Shown one piece after another: positions 1 through 10,279 of a stretch of 64,000 nucleotides of DNA. This DNA comes from Ruminococcus sp. (GTDB lineage Bacteria > Bacillota > Clostridia > Oscillospirales > Ruminococcaceae), in assembly GCA_017437285.1 (NCBI GenBank), contig JAFSBM010000037.1:21320-85319 (forward strand), given 5' to 3'. Under the pieces are notes generated by a model. That model had not been told where the DNA came from and searched no databases. It worked only from the letters and a program-made list of their open reading frames with translations. How positions within the stretch are numbered: position 1 is the first letter of the stretch; each line of letters starts with the position of its first letter. A program made the translations under genes and the position numbers.

Positions 1-1
1 A

Positions 2-331
2 TCTGCCCTCGGTGAGCCGATGAATGTTGCTACAGCACCAAGCTGCTACACAAATGGTGCAGATTCAAAGATTTATACATACGACGGACTTATAGTTGAG
101 TGTTATGTCCTTGACGGTGCAGAAACAATCTGCGGAGTAACTATTACAAATGGCAATTACTCAACTGATAAGGGAATAAAAATCGGCAGCTCCAAAGCTG
201 ATGTTGAAGCGGCATACGGAGCAGGAGAAGAAATCGGCTATTATACAATATATGCATCAGGCGACAAAGAACTTGATGTTAAATATGAAGGTGATATTGT
301 AACTGAGCTTTCATTTTTAGCAGCAGTATAA
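2..331 (+). CDS. C-terminal part of an unknown protein; the ORF is open to the window edge
   Basis: Frame 2 is open from nt 2 with no stop before the ATG at 20. No recognisable motif. Confidence 0.4.
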   Translation, partial: SALGEPMNVATAPSCYTNGADSKIYTYDGLIVECYVLDGAETICGVTITNGNYSTDKGIKIGSSKADVEAAYGAGEEIGYYTIYASGDKELDVKYEGDIVTELSFLAAV

Positions 332-340
332 GGAGAAAAT

Positions 341-1744
341 ATGGTATTCAGCAGCCCTGTATTCCTGTTCATATTTCTTACGACGGTATATATTCTTTAC
401 AGAATTATACCGTCTGTAAGTATAAAAAACACGATTTTACTGATTTTCAGTCTATTATTTTACACTTATGGTGAACCGAAAGCTATAATTCTTATGATTA
501 TCTCAATTGTAATGAATTATCTTTTCGGTCTTTCAATGAAAAAAGAAAACAAGAGCAGAAAAATATGCCTGTTTTTTTCAATTGTATTAAATCTTACAAT
601 GCTTGGTATATTTAAATATGCAGGATTTGGCACAGAAATGCTCAATGCTCTGTTTTCAGCCAATATGGCAATTCCGCATATAGCTTTGCCTATAGGAATT
701 TCTTTCTATACCTTTCAGGCAATGTCATATGTTATTGACGCATACAAATCACCTGACTACATACAGAAAAATATATTCAAGGTTGCCTTGTATATAACAT
801 TTTTCCCACAGCTTGTAGCAGGTCCTATTGTAAAATATTCTGATTTTGCACATCAGATAGATAACCGCACTATAACTCCACAGATGACAGCTGAGGGTAT
901 AAAGCGATTTATAACAGGTCTTTCAAAAAAGCTGCTTATAGCCAATACAATGGCATATGCAGCTGATTATGTATACAGCCTTGACACCTCTGAGCTTTCA
1001 ATTCCTCTTGCATGGCTGGGATCATTGTCATATCTTTTTCAGATATACTTTGATTTCAGCGGTTACAGCGATATGGCAATCGGACTTGGAGCAATGTTCG
1101 GCTTTACATTTAAGGAAAATTTCAATTATCCCTATATTTCCCAAAGTATGCAGGAATTCTGGCGTAGGTGGCATATTTCCGTTTCCTCATGGTTTAAGGA
1201 GTACTTATATATTCCCCTTGGAGGAAACCGAAAGGGCAAAGTCAGAACGGCAATCAACAAACTTATTGTATTTTTCTGCACGGGATTATGGCACGGTGCA
1301 AGCCTGAACTTTATTGTATGGGGACTTCTCAACGGCATTTTCCTTATGATTGAGTCTTATGGTATTATCAACACTACGAAATGGTTCAGACCACTCAGAC
1401 ACATCTATGCTTTATTGGTAACAATCCTTGCCTTTGTATTTTTCAGAGCAGATAATCTTACAATTGCCTGTCAGTACATCGGGCATATGTTCAAGCCCTC
1501 AGGCGGTACAACACAATGGATTATGTTTGTGGAACAGCTTACACCATTATATTTAGTTGTATTCGTATTCGCAATTATTTTCTCAATGCCTGTTATGGAA
1601 AAAATCAAGGCGTCAGCAAAAAGCAAAAAATCCGCAGCTATTTACGAATTCAGCACATACGGCATATCAATGGTGCTACTGGGACTTTGCATTTTATCTC
1701 TTTCCTCAGCGTCCTATAACCCATTTATTTATTTCAGATTTTAG
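341..1744 (+). CDS. MBOAT-family membrane O-acyltransferase (AlgI/DltB-like)
   Basis: 467 aa, multi-TM. The conserved His region WRRWHISVSSWFKEYLYIPLGG is typical of MBOAT. RBS AAGGAG lies 5 nt upstream of the ATG. Confidence 0.85.
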   Translation: MVFSSPVFLFIFLTTVYILYRIIPSVSIKNTILLIFSLLFYTYGEPKAIILMIISIVMNYLFGLSMKKENKSRKICLFFSIVLNLTMLGIFKYAGFGTEMLNALFSANMAIPHIALPIGISFYTFQAMSYVIDAYKSPDYIQKNIFKVALYITFFPQLVAGPIVKYSDFAHQIDNRTITPQMTAEGIKRFITGLSKKLLIANTMAYAADYVYSLDTSELSIPLAWLGSLSYLFQIYFDFSGYSDMAIGLGAMFGFTFKENFNYPYISQSMQEFWRRWHISVSSWFKEYLYIPLGGNRKGKVRTAINKLIVFFCTGLWHGASLNFIVWGLLNGIFLMIESYGIINTTKWFRPLRHIYALLVTILAFVFFRADNLTIACQYIGHMFKPSGGTTQWIMFVEQLTPLYLVVFVFAIIFSMPVMEKIKASAKSKKSAAIYEFSTYGISMVLLGLCILSLSSASYNPFIYFRF

Positions 1745-1755
1745 GAGGCGGTATA

Positions 1756-3153
1756 ATGAAAAAAGATAATTTATATAGAATTTATACTGCCCTTTTTATG
1801 GGAGTATGCCTTGTTCCTGCCATATGTACACCTTTTGTCAAAGGTGACGCATCAAAGGAAAAGCGTGAACTTGCCAAATTCCCCTCATTTACTAAAGAGG
1901 GAAAACTGAATACAGACTTTTTTGATGAATTTGAAACATATTTCTCAGAAAATTATGCATTCCGTCAGCAGCTTGTAAATGCCGACAGCCGAGTTAAATC
2001 TACCCTTGTAAAGACATCGGCAAATGATGATGTAATTGTGGGTAAGGACGGCTGGCTTTACTACAGCGAAACTCTCGATGATTTCAGAAGAACTGATACA
2101 TTAAGTCAGACAAATATCAATTCAATTGCCTATAATATGCAGGTTATTGAGGACTATTGCAGCAGCAGGGGAGCTGATTTTCTCTTTTTCTCCACACCAA
2201 ACAAAAATACTCTTTATCCCGAAAATATGCCATACAACTACATTCAGACGGATAATGAAAGTAATCTGGAAAGGCTTTCAGAAAAGCTTTCGGGCAAAGA
2301 ATTTTTTGTTGATATGAAATCAGAACTTGAAAATCTCAATTCTGCCACAGCTTTATATCACAAGACTGATACTCATTGGAATAATTTCGGAGCATATGCC
2401 GCACATACAATTCTTATGAACAGACTTGGGAAAAGCTCCTGCGGTACAGGAAACGGCTGGTATACAGCAAATGACCGCTTGGGCGATTTAGCGGCAATGC
2501 TATATCCTGCGGAAGATGCAAAGGATATGCAGCTCCACAACGATTATGAATTCAAGTATGAATACACAAGCCGCTTCAAAGGTCTTGATGATATTTCTAT
2601 AACGACAGCAAACAGCAATGCCGAGGGAAATCTCCTGATGTTCCGTGATTCCTTTGGCGAGGCTATTCTTCCATATATGGCGGAACAGTTTGCAACAGCT
2701 GAATTTTCCAGAGCAGTTCCCTATAATTTGATGAATGTAAAAGTAGGGGATACCGTAGTTTTGGAAATCGTTGAACGAAATCTTGGAAATCTCCTTGATA
2801 CTGCTCCTGTTATGGAAGCTCCGATTCTGCCAATCAAGGACATTGAAGCAGAAAACGGAAATCCGTGGGGTACAACCATAAAAAAGAGAAAAGCAAACGG
2901 TATGACTCATATTTATGGTACTGTTCCCGAAAGCTTTATCAGAAGTGAAAATTATACATTTGCATTTGAAATTGAAGGCACATTATATGAAGCTTTCAAT
3001 ATCTTTGAAAAAGAGCTGCTTGAGGGATTTGAATACAGCCCATACGGCTATTCATTCTATATACCTGAAAGTATAGATACTGCAAGTATGAAAATGATTG
3101 TTTTAAACGAAAATGCCGGAGCAGTTTCTGCTCAATTCTTAACAGAGGGGTAA
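1756..3153 (+). CDS. AlgX/AlgJ-like (DHHW-type) SGNH-like partner of the MBOAT acyltransferase
   Basis: N-terminal signal anchor and motif KTDTHWNNFGAY (the D-x-H-W of AlgJ/AlgX). Lies immediately downstream of the MBOAT gene, with RBS AGGAGG. Confidence 0.7.
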   Translation: MKKDNLYRIYTALFMGVCLVPAICTPFVKGDASKEKRELAKFPSFTKEGKLNTDFFDEFETYFSENYAFRQQLVNADSRVKSTLVKTSANDDVIVGKDGWLYYSETLDDFRRTDTLSQTNINSIAYNMQVIEDYCSSRGADFLFFSTPNKNTLYPENMPYNYIQTDNESNLERLSEKLSGKEFFVDMKSELENLNSATALYHKTDTHWNNFGAYAAHTILMNRLGKSSCGTGNGWYTANDRLGDLAAMLYPAEDAKDMQLHNDYEFKYEYTSRFKGLDDISITTANSNAEGNLLMFRDSFGEAILPYMAEQFATAEFSRAVPYNLMNVKVGDTVVLEIVERNLGNLLDTAPVMEAPILPIKDIEAENGNPWGTTIKKRKANGMTHIYGTVPESFIRSENYTFAFEIEGTLYEAFNIFEKELLEGFEYSPYGYSFYIPESIDTASMKMIVLNENAGAVSAQFLTEG

Positions 3154-3159
3154 TGACAT

Positions 3160-4194
3160 ATGAAGTATACAAAAATTATATCGCTTTTAGCTGCTGCATC
3201 AATGGCAGTTTCACCTGCATCTATGACTGTTTACGCTGAGGGCGATAATACAAATGATAAACCTGCACAGACAGAGCAGACACCGTCAGAGGAAGTTGCA
3301 ACGACTACTACAACCACAGCAGCTGCTACAACTGAAATCACGACAACAGCTGCTACTACAACAGCTGAAGTGACCACAACTACAGCAGATACCGCTACAT
3401 CTACCACAAAACCAACTACAACTGCAACAAAAAAGGTTACAACGACAACAAAACCCAAAACTACCACAACTACTACAGCTACAACAACAGAGCCTGTTAC
3501 TACAACTGTAACTACAACATCGCCTGCTGATAATGCAGTAGTTGTAAAGCCTGTTTGCGAGCATTTTATCAAGAACGATGTCAATGGCGAACTTCGCATT
3601 TCTGTACCGGAGGATGCTACAGCAAAGGTTGATGTAGTTTACGAATCTCCCGAATATGACAAACACGAGTACTACAACTGCACTCTTGAGGGTGGAGAAG
3701 TGTATTCCTTAGCAATCGAGGGCAGAGATACAACTGAGGACGACTACCGCAATTATACCGTCAGTATTTCACTTACAGGCGGAATTTACGGAATCACCTC
3801 CGATAGTTATACAGAGAAATTCAATGTTGCTGATAAAAACGACAATCCTGATTCATTCAAATCTGTAAGCTATATTTTAGCAATTGACAATGTACAGTCC
3901 ACAGAATCATTTGATATTACAACTGATAGAGAAAACCTTAAAAGAGTAGCTTTTCATCTTAACTATGTAATGCTTGGAGATGTAAACGATGACTCAGTTG
4001 TCAATTCTTCTGACGCTTCGATTGTCCTTGCAGAGTATGCAAAAATTTCCACAGGTGCAGCAAGCACTTTAACACAAAAGCAGTCCATAGCAGCTGATGT
4101 AAACAAGGATACTTTAGTTGATTCATCCGATGCTTCAAAAATACTTACATATTACAGTGAAATTTCAACAGGCGGTAAACCTACATGGGATTAA
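3160..4194 (+). CDS. Secreted dockerin protein with a Thr-rich linker and an unknown central domain
   Basis: Signal peptide, ~75-aa Thr-rich linker, and a C-terminal duplicated dockerin segment (GDVNDDSVVNSSDASIVL ... ADVNKDTLVDSSDASKIL). Confidence 0.75.
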   Translation: MKYTKIISLLAAASMAVSPASMTVYAEGDNTNDKPAQTEQTPSEEVATTTTTTAAATTEITTTAATTTAEVTTTTADTATSTTKPTTTATKKVTTTTKPKTTTTTTATTTEPVTTTVTTTSPADNAVVVKPVCEHFIKNDVNGELRISVPEDATAKVDVVYESPEYDKHEYYNCTLEGGEVYSLAIEGRDTTEDDYRNYTVSISLTGGIYGITSDSYTEKFNVADKNDNPDSFKSVSYILAIDNVQSTESFDITTDRENLKRVAFHLNYVMLGDVNDDSVVNSSDASIVLAEYAKISTGAASTLTQKQSIAADVNKDTLVDSSDASKILTYYSEISTGGKPTWD

Positions 4195-7079
4195 TTCAAT
4201 ATAAAATTAACGATAAGCTTTACGGATTTACAATAAATAATATACGAAAAACAAAATTCGGCGATTTTATTGAAATGCGTCACGATAAGACATCTGCACC
4301 ACTTGTATGGCTGAAAAACGACAATGACAACAAGCTTTTCAGCATTTCATTCAAGACAGTTCCCGAAGATGATACGGGCGTATTTCACATACTGGAACAT
4401 TCCGTACTGGGCGGTTCTGAAAACTATCCTGTAAAAGAACCGTTCCTGTATCTGCTGAAAGGCTCAATGAACACATTTCTCAATGCAATGACCTTTCCCG
4501 ATAAGACAATGTATCCTGTTTCAAGCCGAAATAACAGGGATTTTCTCAATCTCACAAAAGTATATCTTGACGCTGTTTTCAAGCCGTTAATTTATACCGT
4601 TCCAAACATTTTCTATCAGGAGGGACATCACATTGAATACAACGGCTGTGACGAGGAAGCGTCATATAAGGGCGTTGTTTTCAATGAAATGAAAGGCTAT
4701 ATCTCATCAGTTCACGAGCGAATTGAAAGTGAAATGAACAGCCTGCTTTATCCCGATACTTCATACAGATTTGAATTCGGAGGACTTCCCTCGGCAATTC
4801 CTGACCTTACCTATGAGCAGTTTACAGATGTTCACAGAAGATATTATAACCCTGCCAATTCATATATATACCTTGACGGTGACATAAATCCCGATGAAGT
4901 TCTGCCCCTTATTGACAGCTATATTTCACAATTTGAGGGAACTGTGGAAATTCCACAGATTAAGTATCAGGAGTCTACAGAAAGCAAGGTATGCGAGCTT
5001 TACTATGATTCTTCCGCTGAATGTGACGAATCCCAGACATATATTGCTGTGGGAAAAATTCTCGGCAGCTGGCAGAATATTGAAGATATAACAGCATACA
5101 GCGTTATCTCAAGAGCAATTGCAGGCAGCAATGATTCTCCCTTGAAAAAAGCAATTGTGGATTCAGGCTTATGCCTTGATGCGGAACTGATAGTTTCTGA
5201 CGGCAATTTACAGCCTAACGGTGTGCTTAAATTTTACAATACCGATAAGGAAAATGGCGAAAAACTGCTTGCTATTACAGCTGATACAGTAAGGCGGCTT
5301 GTAGAAAAAGGCATTGACAGAGATTTGCTTGAAGCCGCAATAAATCGCTGTGAATTCATTTACAGAGAATCGGAAGAACCAAAGGGACTTACCCGCTGTG
5401 TTGATGCAATGTCGTCATGGCTTTATGGCGGTGACCCTCTTATGTATATCGACAAGGATGATGTTTTCAAGAGCCTCAGAGAAAAGCTTGACAGCGATTA
5501 TTTTGAAAAGCTGCTGGAAAAATGGCTTCTTGATGAAAATGGCAGAGCTGTTCTTTATATGCTGCCCTCCGATACATATGGAGAGGAACAGGCACAGGCT
5601 GAAAAAAGCCGTGTACAAAGCGAAGTTACGGCAATGTCAGATGATGAAAAGTCACAGCTTATCAAGCTTAATGAAAATCTTGCTGAATGGCAGAATATCC
5701 CCGACAGCGAGGAGAATACAGCGAAACTTCCTAAACTTCCGCTTACGGAAATTTCAACTGAGCCAATACGATATATAACTGAGGAAAAGAGTGAAAATGG
5801 AATAAAAATCCTCACTCACCCTGTAAGTGAAAGCGAAATTACTGTAATGACGCTGTATTTTGATGCAGATGATTTATCTGCGGAGGAATTGCGTAAATTG
5901 TCGGTTATAGACCGTCTTATTGCGGAATTACCCACTAAGAAATCGGACGGAGTTGAGTTGCAGAAGCGAATTGAGGGAACTTTAGGCAGCCTTACAACAG
6001 ATATTTTACCTGTAGGAAAGGAAAATTCCCCTGAAAGCTGCCGTGTATTCTTTGAATTGAAAACACGCTTTTTATCGAGAAATTTTGATAAGGCGACGGC
6101 TCTTATTTCAGAAATCCTTACAGAAACAGATTTTGTTCAGCCTGAATTTGCATTGAGAGAAATGCGGCAGGATGAGGAAAATATGAAGCAGGATATTATA
6201 TCTGAGGGACACAGGTTTTCCGTCCGCAGAGCAACTGCAAATGCTTCTGCCGAATCTGCGGTTATTGAATTTATGCGTGGATTTGAGGGATATAAGGCAC
6301 TTTGCGAAATCAACCGCCTTTCATCTGATGATTTCTCAGTATATCTTGAAAGTCTGAATGAACTTGCAAAGCGTATTTTCTGCAAGTCAAGGCTTACAGT
6401 TAGCATTGCAGCTGAGGGTGATTACGATTTGTCACAGCTGTTTGATAAACTTCCACAGGGCGAGGCTTGCGAGAAAAACTCAATGGAATTCAAGCTTGAT
6501 ATTTCTGAGAATAACTGCATTGAAATTCCCTCTGCAACAGCATATTCGGGAGCAGTTTTAGGCGGACAGATTGCGGATAAAGCCGCTTGGTCCGTGCTTT
6601 CATCTATGATTACCTATGAGTATCTCTGGAATGAAGTCCGTGTAAAGGGCGGAGCATACGGCTGCGGCTGTAATGTGAACAATATGAAAGAGGCTTGTTT
6701 CCACTCATATTGCGACCCTTCACCTGAAAAAAGCTTCGGTACATTTAAAAATACCGCAGATTTCATAAGGGAATATTGCATGGAAAATACCGATATTTCG
6801 CAGTATATCATAAGCAGTATTGCATCGGGTGAGCCTATTGTAAGCGACGGTGAGTATGTTGCAGCAGCTGACGGAATGTGTTTCAGAGGAATTACACAGG
6901 ATACAAGGCGAAAGCTTCGTGGCGAAGTTCTTGAAATGACCTCTGAAAGGCTATGTGCCGCCGCTGAGGAGTTTGACAAGAAGATGTATTTCTGTGTTGT
7001 AAGCTCTAAAGATACAATTGATGAAGTTATAAAAACTCACCCCGACAGAAAATTCAATTGCGAAAGCATTAACCGGTAA
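4185..7079 (+). CDS. M16C (PreP/insulinase-like) zinc metallopeptidase
   Basis: 964 aa with the HxxEH zinc motif HILEHSVLGGS near the N-terminus. The start overlaps the upstream stop by 10 nt. Confidence 0.85.
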   Translation: MGLIQYKINDKLYGFTINNIRKTKFGDFIEMRHDKTSAPLVWLKNDNDNKLFSISFKTVPEDDTGVFHILEHSVLGGSENYPVKEPFLYLLKGSMNTFLNAMTFPDKTMYPVSSRNNRDFLNLTKVYLDAVFKPLIYTVPNIFYQEGHHIEYNGCDEEASYKGVVFNEMKGYISSVHERIESEMNSLLYPDTSYRFEFGGLPSAIPDLTYEQFTDVHRRYYNPANSYIYLDGDINPDEVLPLIDSYISQFEGTVEIPQIKYQESTESKVCELYYDSSAECDESQTYIAVGKILGSWQNIEDITAYSVISRAIAGSNDSPLKKAIVDSGLCLDAELIVSDGNLQPNGVLKFYNTDKENGEKLLAITADTVRRLVEKGIDRDLLEAAINRCEFIYRESEEPKGLTRCVDAMSSWLYGGDPLMYIDKDDVFKSLREKLDSDYFEKLLEKWLLDENGRAVLYMLPSDTYGEEQAQAEKSRVQSEVTAMSDDEKSQLIKLNENLAEWQNIPDSEENTAKLPKLPLTEISTEPIRYITEEKSENGIKILTHPVSESEITVMTLYFDADDLSAEELRKLSVIDRLIAELPTKKSDGVELQKRIEGTLGSLTTDILPVGKENSPESCRVFFELKTRFLSRNFDKATALISEILTETDFVQPEFALREMRQDEENMKQDIISEGHRFSVRRATANASAESAVIEFMRGFEGYKALCEINRLSSDDFSVYLESLNELAKRIFCKSRLTVSIAAEGDYDLSQLFDKLPQGEACEKNSMEFKLDISENNCIEIPSATAYSGAVLGGQIADKAAWSVLSSMITYEYLWNEVRVKGGAYGCGCNVNNMKEACFHSYCDPSPEKSFGTFKNTADFIREYCMENTDISQYIISSIASGEPIVSDGEYVAAADGMCFRGITQDTRRKLRGEVLEMTSERLCAAAEEFDKKMYFCVVSSKDTIDEVIKTHPDRKFNCESINR

Positions 7080-7083
7080 TAAA

Positions 7084-7120
7084 AAAGGCAGTAACGCAAC
7101 AAAAATGCGATACTGCCTTT
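7084..7120. terminator. Bidirectional hairpin terminator between convergent genes
   Basis: AAAGGCAGTA ... TACTGCCTTT stem flanked by an A-run and a T-run. Confidence 0.6.
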
Positions 7121-7124
7121 AATT

Positions 7125-7724
7125 TTATGTTGTTTGAGTTGCAGTTGTAGTGATTTCCGTAGCGACTGCGGAAGTTGTAGTTTCAGCAGGGGAGGGGGCA
7201 TAATTTATGTATTCAACCTCTGAAAATGTGATTTTCAGCAGATTATTTGGCATTTCAAAAGTATGAATATTACCCTGCCCGTCAAGTGAAAGCGAATAAT
7301 CTCCGCCCTCAAGACTGCCGCTGATTTCAGTAAATCCCTCATTTTCTGTACCTGTCAGCTGTTCCTGTGCAGCAAGGGAATCAACAGCTTCCATAAGATT
7401 TGTAATCATAGCTTTTACAGGAACTGCTGATTTCGGTACTGAAAAATCAAGCCCTTTGTAGCTTGCCTTGACGATATTTTCTTCAAAGGAAAGCTTAACT
7501 CCGCTTAATGTGTTAGGGGAATCAAATTCAGCCTCCCAGCATCTGTCGCCCTTTCGGTAAATAGTTCCCTCTGCGGAAAGCTTATCAAGATTTACCGTCA
7601 TTTTAGCAGAAAATGGCGAGCCGAGATTGTTTTCAAGCTTTGATTGCGTTCCTGTGGGTGTACTGCACGAAACGGATGAAACAACGCATAACAGTGCAAA
7701 AACGGATGATAAAAGTCTTTTCAT
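7125..7724 (-). CDS. Putative lipoprotein, function unknown
   Basis: Lipobox-like VSSVSC after a hydrophobic N-terminus. I moved the start to the ATG at 7724 (GGAG 9 nt upstream); the track start is a TTG. Confidence 0.6.
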   Translation of the reverse strand: MKRLLSSVFALLCVVSSVSCSTPTGTQSKLENNLGSPFSAKMTVNLDKLSAEGTIYRKGDRCWEAEFDSPNTLSGVKLSFEENIVKASYKGLDFSVPKSAVPVKAMITNLMEAVDSLAAQEQLTGTENEGFTEISGSLEGGDYSLSLDGQGNIHTFEMPNNLLKITFSEVEYINYAPSPAETTTSAVATEITTTATQTT

Positions 7725-7777
7725 TGTAATAATCTCCAATCAAAAATTTCCTTTTTACATCCGTTTATTTAAGTTAT

Positions 7778-7840
7778 GGGGTTCTCTAAAAACCGGAACA
7801 CGAGCGAAATCAAGCCATGATGGAGGTTTTTAGAGGTTCC
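7778..7840. repeat. 63-bp degenerate deletion derivative of the 158-bp MITE-like element
   Basis: GGGGTTCTCTAAAAACC ... GGTTTTTAGAGGTTCC. The left arm matches 14/16 nt of the TIR GGGCATCTCTAAAAAC, and AATCAA is shared next to the right arm. Confidence 0.4.
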
Positions 7841-7846
7841 ATTATA

Positions 7847-9544
7847 TTATCCTCTGTCACGCTTTTCTTTGAGAATTTTGAAAGCATCTGAAAGGCAGTC
7901 GATTATATCACGGGGTAGCATTGCTTCCTGACCGTGTTTAGCGGCAGCAGCATCACCTGCAAGACCGTGCATATAAACTCCTGCACAAGCCGCATCGTAT
8001 GGCGAAAATCCCTGTGCAACAGCTGAGCCGATAATTCCCGACAAAACATCACCGCTGCCGCCACGGCTCATACCTGCATTGCCTGTATGATTTGCGGCAG
8101 TATTGAATTTATCGGAAACGATTGTGCCTGCACCTTTAAGAACAACGGTAACTCCGTGCTTTTCGGCGTATTTTTCAGCTACCATAATTCTGTTTTCATT
8201 GATAGCATCAGCATCACAATTAAGCAGTCTGCCCATTTCGCCTGGGTGCGGTGTAAGGATAACCTCTGACTTCCTGTTCACTAATAATTCTATGTCGGAG
8301 GCTATGCAATTTATTCCGTCAGCGTCAACAATTACAGGACAAAATGAATTTTTAATGACAAACCGAACAATTTCCTTAGTATCCTCTGTAACGCCCATAC
8401 CCGAACCGATAATAACAGCTGTTGATTTTTTCAGTTGTTCCTGAAGCTTTTCACGGGTATTGTCATTGAATACCATAAATCCGTTACTGTCATTTTCAAT
8501 TTCAACATATGTTGCTTCGGGTGCAAGTACAGAAATGGTATCAATACATTTGCTTACAGAAGCGGCTTTTACAAGGCCTGCTCCGCTGCGTAATGCACCA
8601 AGTACGGCAAATGCAGCAGCACCACGCATGGAATTGCTGCCTGCAATTACAAGAACAGTGCCAAATGTACCTTTATGGGCATCAAGTTCACGTTTCGGAG
8701 GAAATGCCGCAAGACTGTGACGGTCAATTCTATGGTAGCCGTGTTCTCCGTCAAGGCAGTCATATGCTCTTGGAGGTATGCCTATATCTTCAACTGTAAT
8801 TTTACCGCAGAGCTTTTTCAGCGGATATTGGGTCATACCAAATTTAAGGCAGCCAAGACAAATAGTTTCATCCGCCTTGAAACAGCCCGGGGAAACAGTT
8901 CCCTTTGAGCCGTCGCCGCCGCTGGGTATATCAATGGAAATCTTGTAAGCACTTGTACCTATTGAGAAAATAGTCATAAGGTCGCTGTCAAGCTTACCCT
9001 TGAAGCCTGTACCGAAAACGCCGTCAACAAGTACATCTGCTGACACAATTGCACGATGAACCTGTGTAATACGCTCTTTTTCCTTTACGAGGATTTTTTC
9101 AACAGCAGTAAGCTCCTTTTTATTTTTAAGCTTTGAATTATCATTGTTATAAAGGGTTGAATAATCAAGCTCAGCAGCTTCAATTGCTGCCTCAACTGTT
9201 TCACTTCTGTAGCCTGTGACAATATTTACTTTTTCGGGTAACTGGCTGAAATACTCTTTTGCAATGTCAGTAGAAGGCTCTTTTACAAGATTTACAATGG
9301 TTACGTGATAGCCACGATAAACGAGAATATTAGCCGCCGCAAAGCAGTCACCGCCGTTATTGCCGCTTCCTGCAAGGAAAACGATACTTGTACGCTCAGG
9401 AATATCGTGTTCAGCGGAACAAATCTGAATAATGCGTTCAGCGATTTTTCTTCCTGCATTTCCCATAAGCTCCTTTGGCGAAACTCCAAGCTTTTTAGCC
9501 TGCTTTTCTACCTTGACCATTTGCTTTGTGTTTACAATCTGCAT
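7847..9544 (-). CDS. nnr: Bifunctional NAD(P)H-hydrate repair enzyme (epimerase plus ADP-dependent dehydratase)
   Basis: An N-terminal YjeF_N-like region (GSGNNGGDCFAAA) and a C-terminal carbohydrate-kinase-like region (GGSGDVLSGIIG). RBS AAGGAG. Confidence 0.85.
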   Translation of the reverse strand: MQIVNTKQMVKVEKQAKKLGVSPKELMGNAGRKIAERIIQICSAEHDIPERTSIVFLAGSGNNGGDCFAAANILVYRGYHVTIVNLVKEPSTDIAKEYFSQLPEKVNIVTGYRSETVEAAIEAAELDYSTLYNNDNSKLKNKKELTAVEKILVKEKERITQVHRAIVSADVLVDGVFGTGFKGKLDSDLMTIFSIGTSAYKISIDIPSGGDGSKGTVSPGCFKADETICLGCLKFGMTQYPLKKLCGKITVEDIGIPPRAYDCLDGEHGYHRIDRHSLAAFPPKRELDAHKGTFGTVLVIAGSNSMRGAAAFAVLGALRSGAGLVKAASVSKCIDTISVLAPEATYVEIENDSNGFMVFNDNTREKLQEQLKKSTAVIIGSGMGVTEDTKEIVRFVIKNSFCPVIVDADGINCIASDIELLVNRKSEVILTPHPGEMGRLLNCDADAINENRIMVAEKYAEKHGVTVVLKGAGTIVSDKFNTAANHTGNAGMSRGGSGDVLSGIIGSAVAQGFSPYDAACAGVYMHGLAGDAAAAKHGQEAMLPRDIIDCLSDAFKILKEKRDRG

Positions 9545-9587
9545 TGAATATCACTCCTTTAGAAAAATTCGGTATCTATTGAGGGTA

Positions 9588-10142
9588 TCAGATATTTTGC
9601 GAAATATCCGACAAATATGAACTTTGAACTTCCTGCTTTACCTTGTTTTTAATTGACGGGTGGAGGAATTTTACTATATTTGAAACCATTTTTTCATTCG
9701 GAACAAATACAAGTCGTGTATTTCCATATGTTTCGTGCTGAAAATCAGCATAATATTCATTTTCAACTATGTTATCAGTAGCAAATACCGTTGTCATATC
9801 CTCAGTTTCATCGGGTACATTATCGGTATATTTTCCGAATGCTGTGAATTTACTTACAGAAATTGTGAGCATTTCTTTTCTTTTAGTCTGATTGATAATT
9901 TTATCTATATCAAGCTCACCGTTTGTAAATGTATACTCATATTCCACCTTAGAATTTCTGTAAAGGAAAAACGTACCCACACCAAGTGCAACAGCCACAA
10001 AAAGCAGCAGAAATGAGAAAACAAAACCTGCGATTAATGCTAAAAATGTAAGCAGCATTCCGAGAATTAAAATAATACAGGTTTTCATTCTGTCCGCACC
10101 TGTAGGCTGACGTTTAACAAGCTGTTCTGCAAAATTATCCAT
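9588..10142 (-). CDS. Membrane protein with two N-terminal TM helices, function unknown
   Basis: 184 aa with a hydrophobic stretch at aa 20-60 and RBS AAGGAG. No motif recognised. Confidence 0.55.
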   Translation of the reverse strand: MDNFAEQLVKRQPTGADRMKTCIILILGMLLTFLALIAGFVFSFLLLFVAVALGVGTFFLYRNSKVEYEYTFTNGELDIDKIINQTKRKEMLTISVSKFTAFGKYTDNVPDETEDMTTVFATDNIVENEYYADFQHETYGNTRLVFVPNEKMVSNIVKFLHPSIKNKVKQEVQSSYLSDISQNI

Positions 10143-10243
10143 AATTTTTTTACTCCTTAAAAATGTATTTTATTCCATATATACTATGATAACACATTTT
10201 TTCGGAAATTTCAATAATTAGAAGAAAAAATTTCAAAAAATAC

Positions 10244-10272
10244 TTGATTTTTTTTAAATAAGCTGTTATAAT
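10244..10272 (+). promoter_or_regulatory. Sigma-A type promoter of the pheS leader
   Basis: TTGATT, 17 nt, TATAAT. Confidence 0.5.
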
Positions 10273-10279
10273 ATATATG

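Noticed and set aside
3231-3666. Val/Cys-rich ORFs antisense to the Thr-rich linker (3231-3599 and 3286-3666), and the similar ORF at 60005-60406
   Set aside because: These are mirror images of ACN-codon repeats encoding Thr linkers on the coding strand. They are low-complexity artefacts with no RBS.
8900-9200. An apparent ~45-aa insertion (NNDNSKLKNKKELTAVEKILVKEKER...) in the epimerase half of Nnr, making it 565 aa
   Set aside because: It cannot be judged without an alignment. Linker-length variation is common in this family, so I do not report it as a finding.
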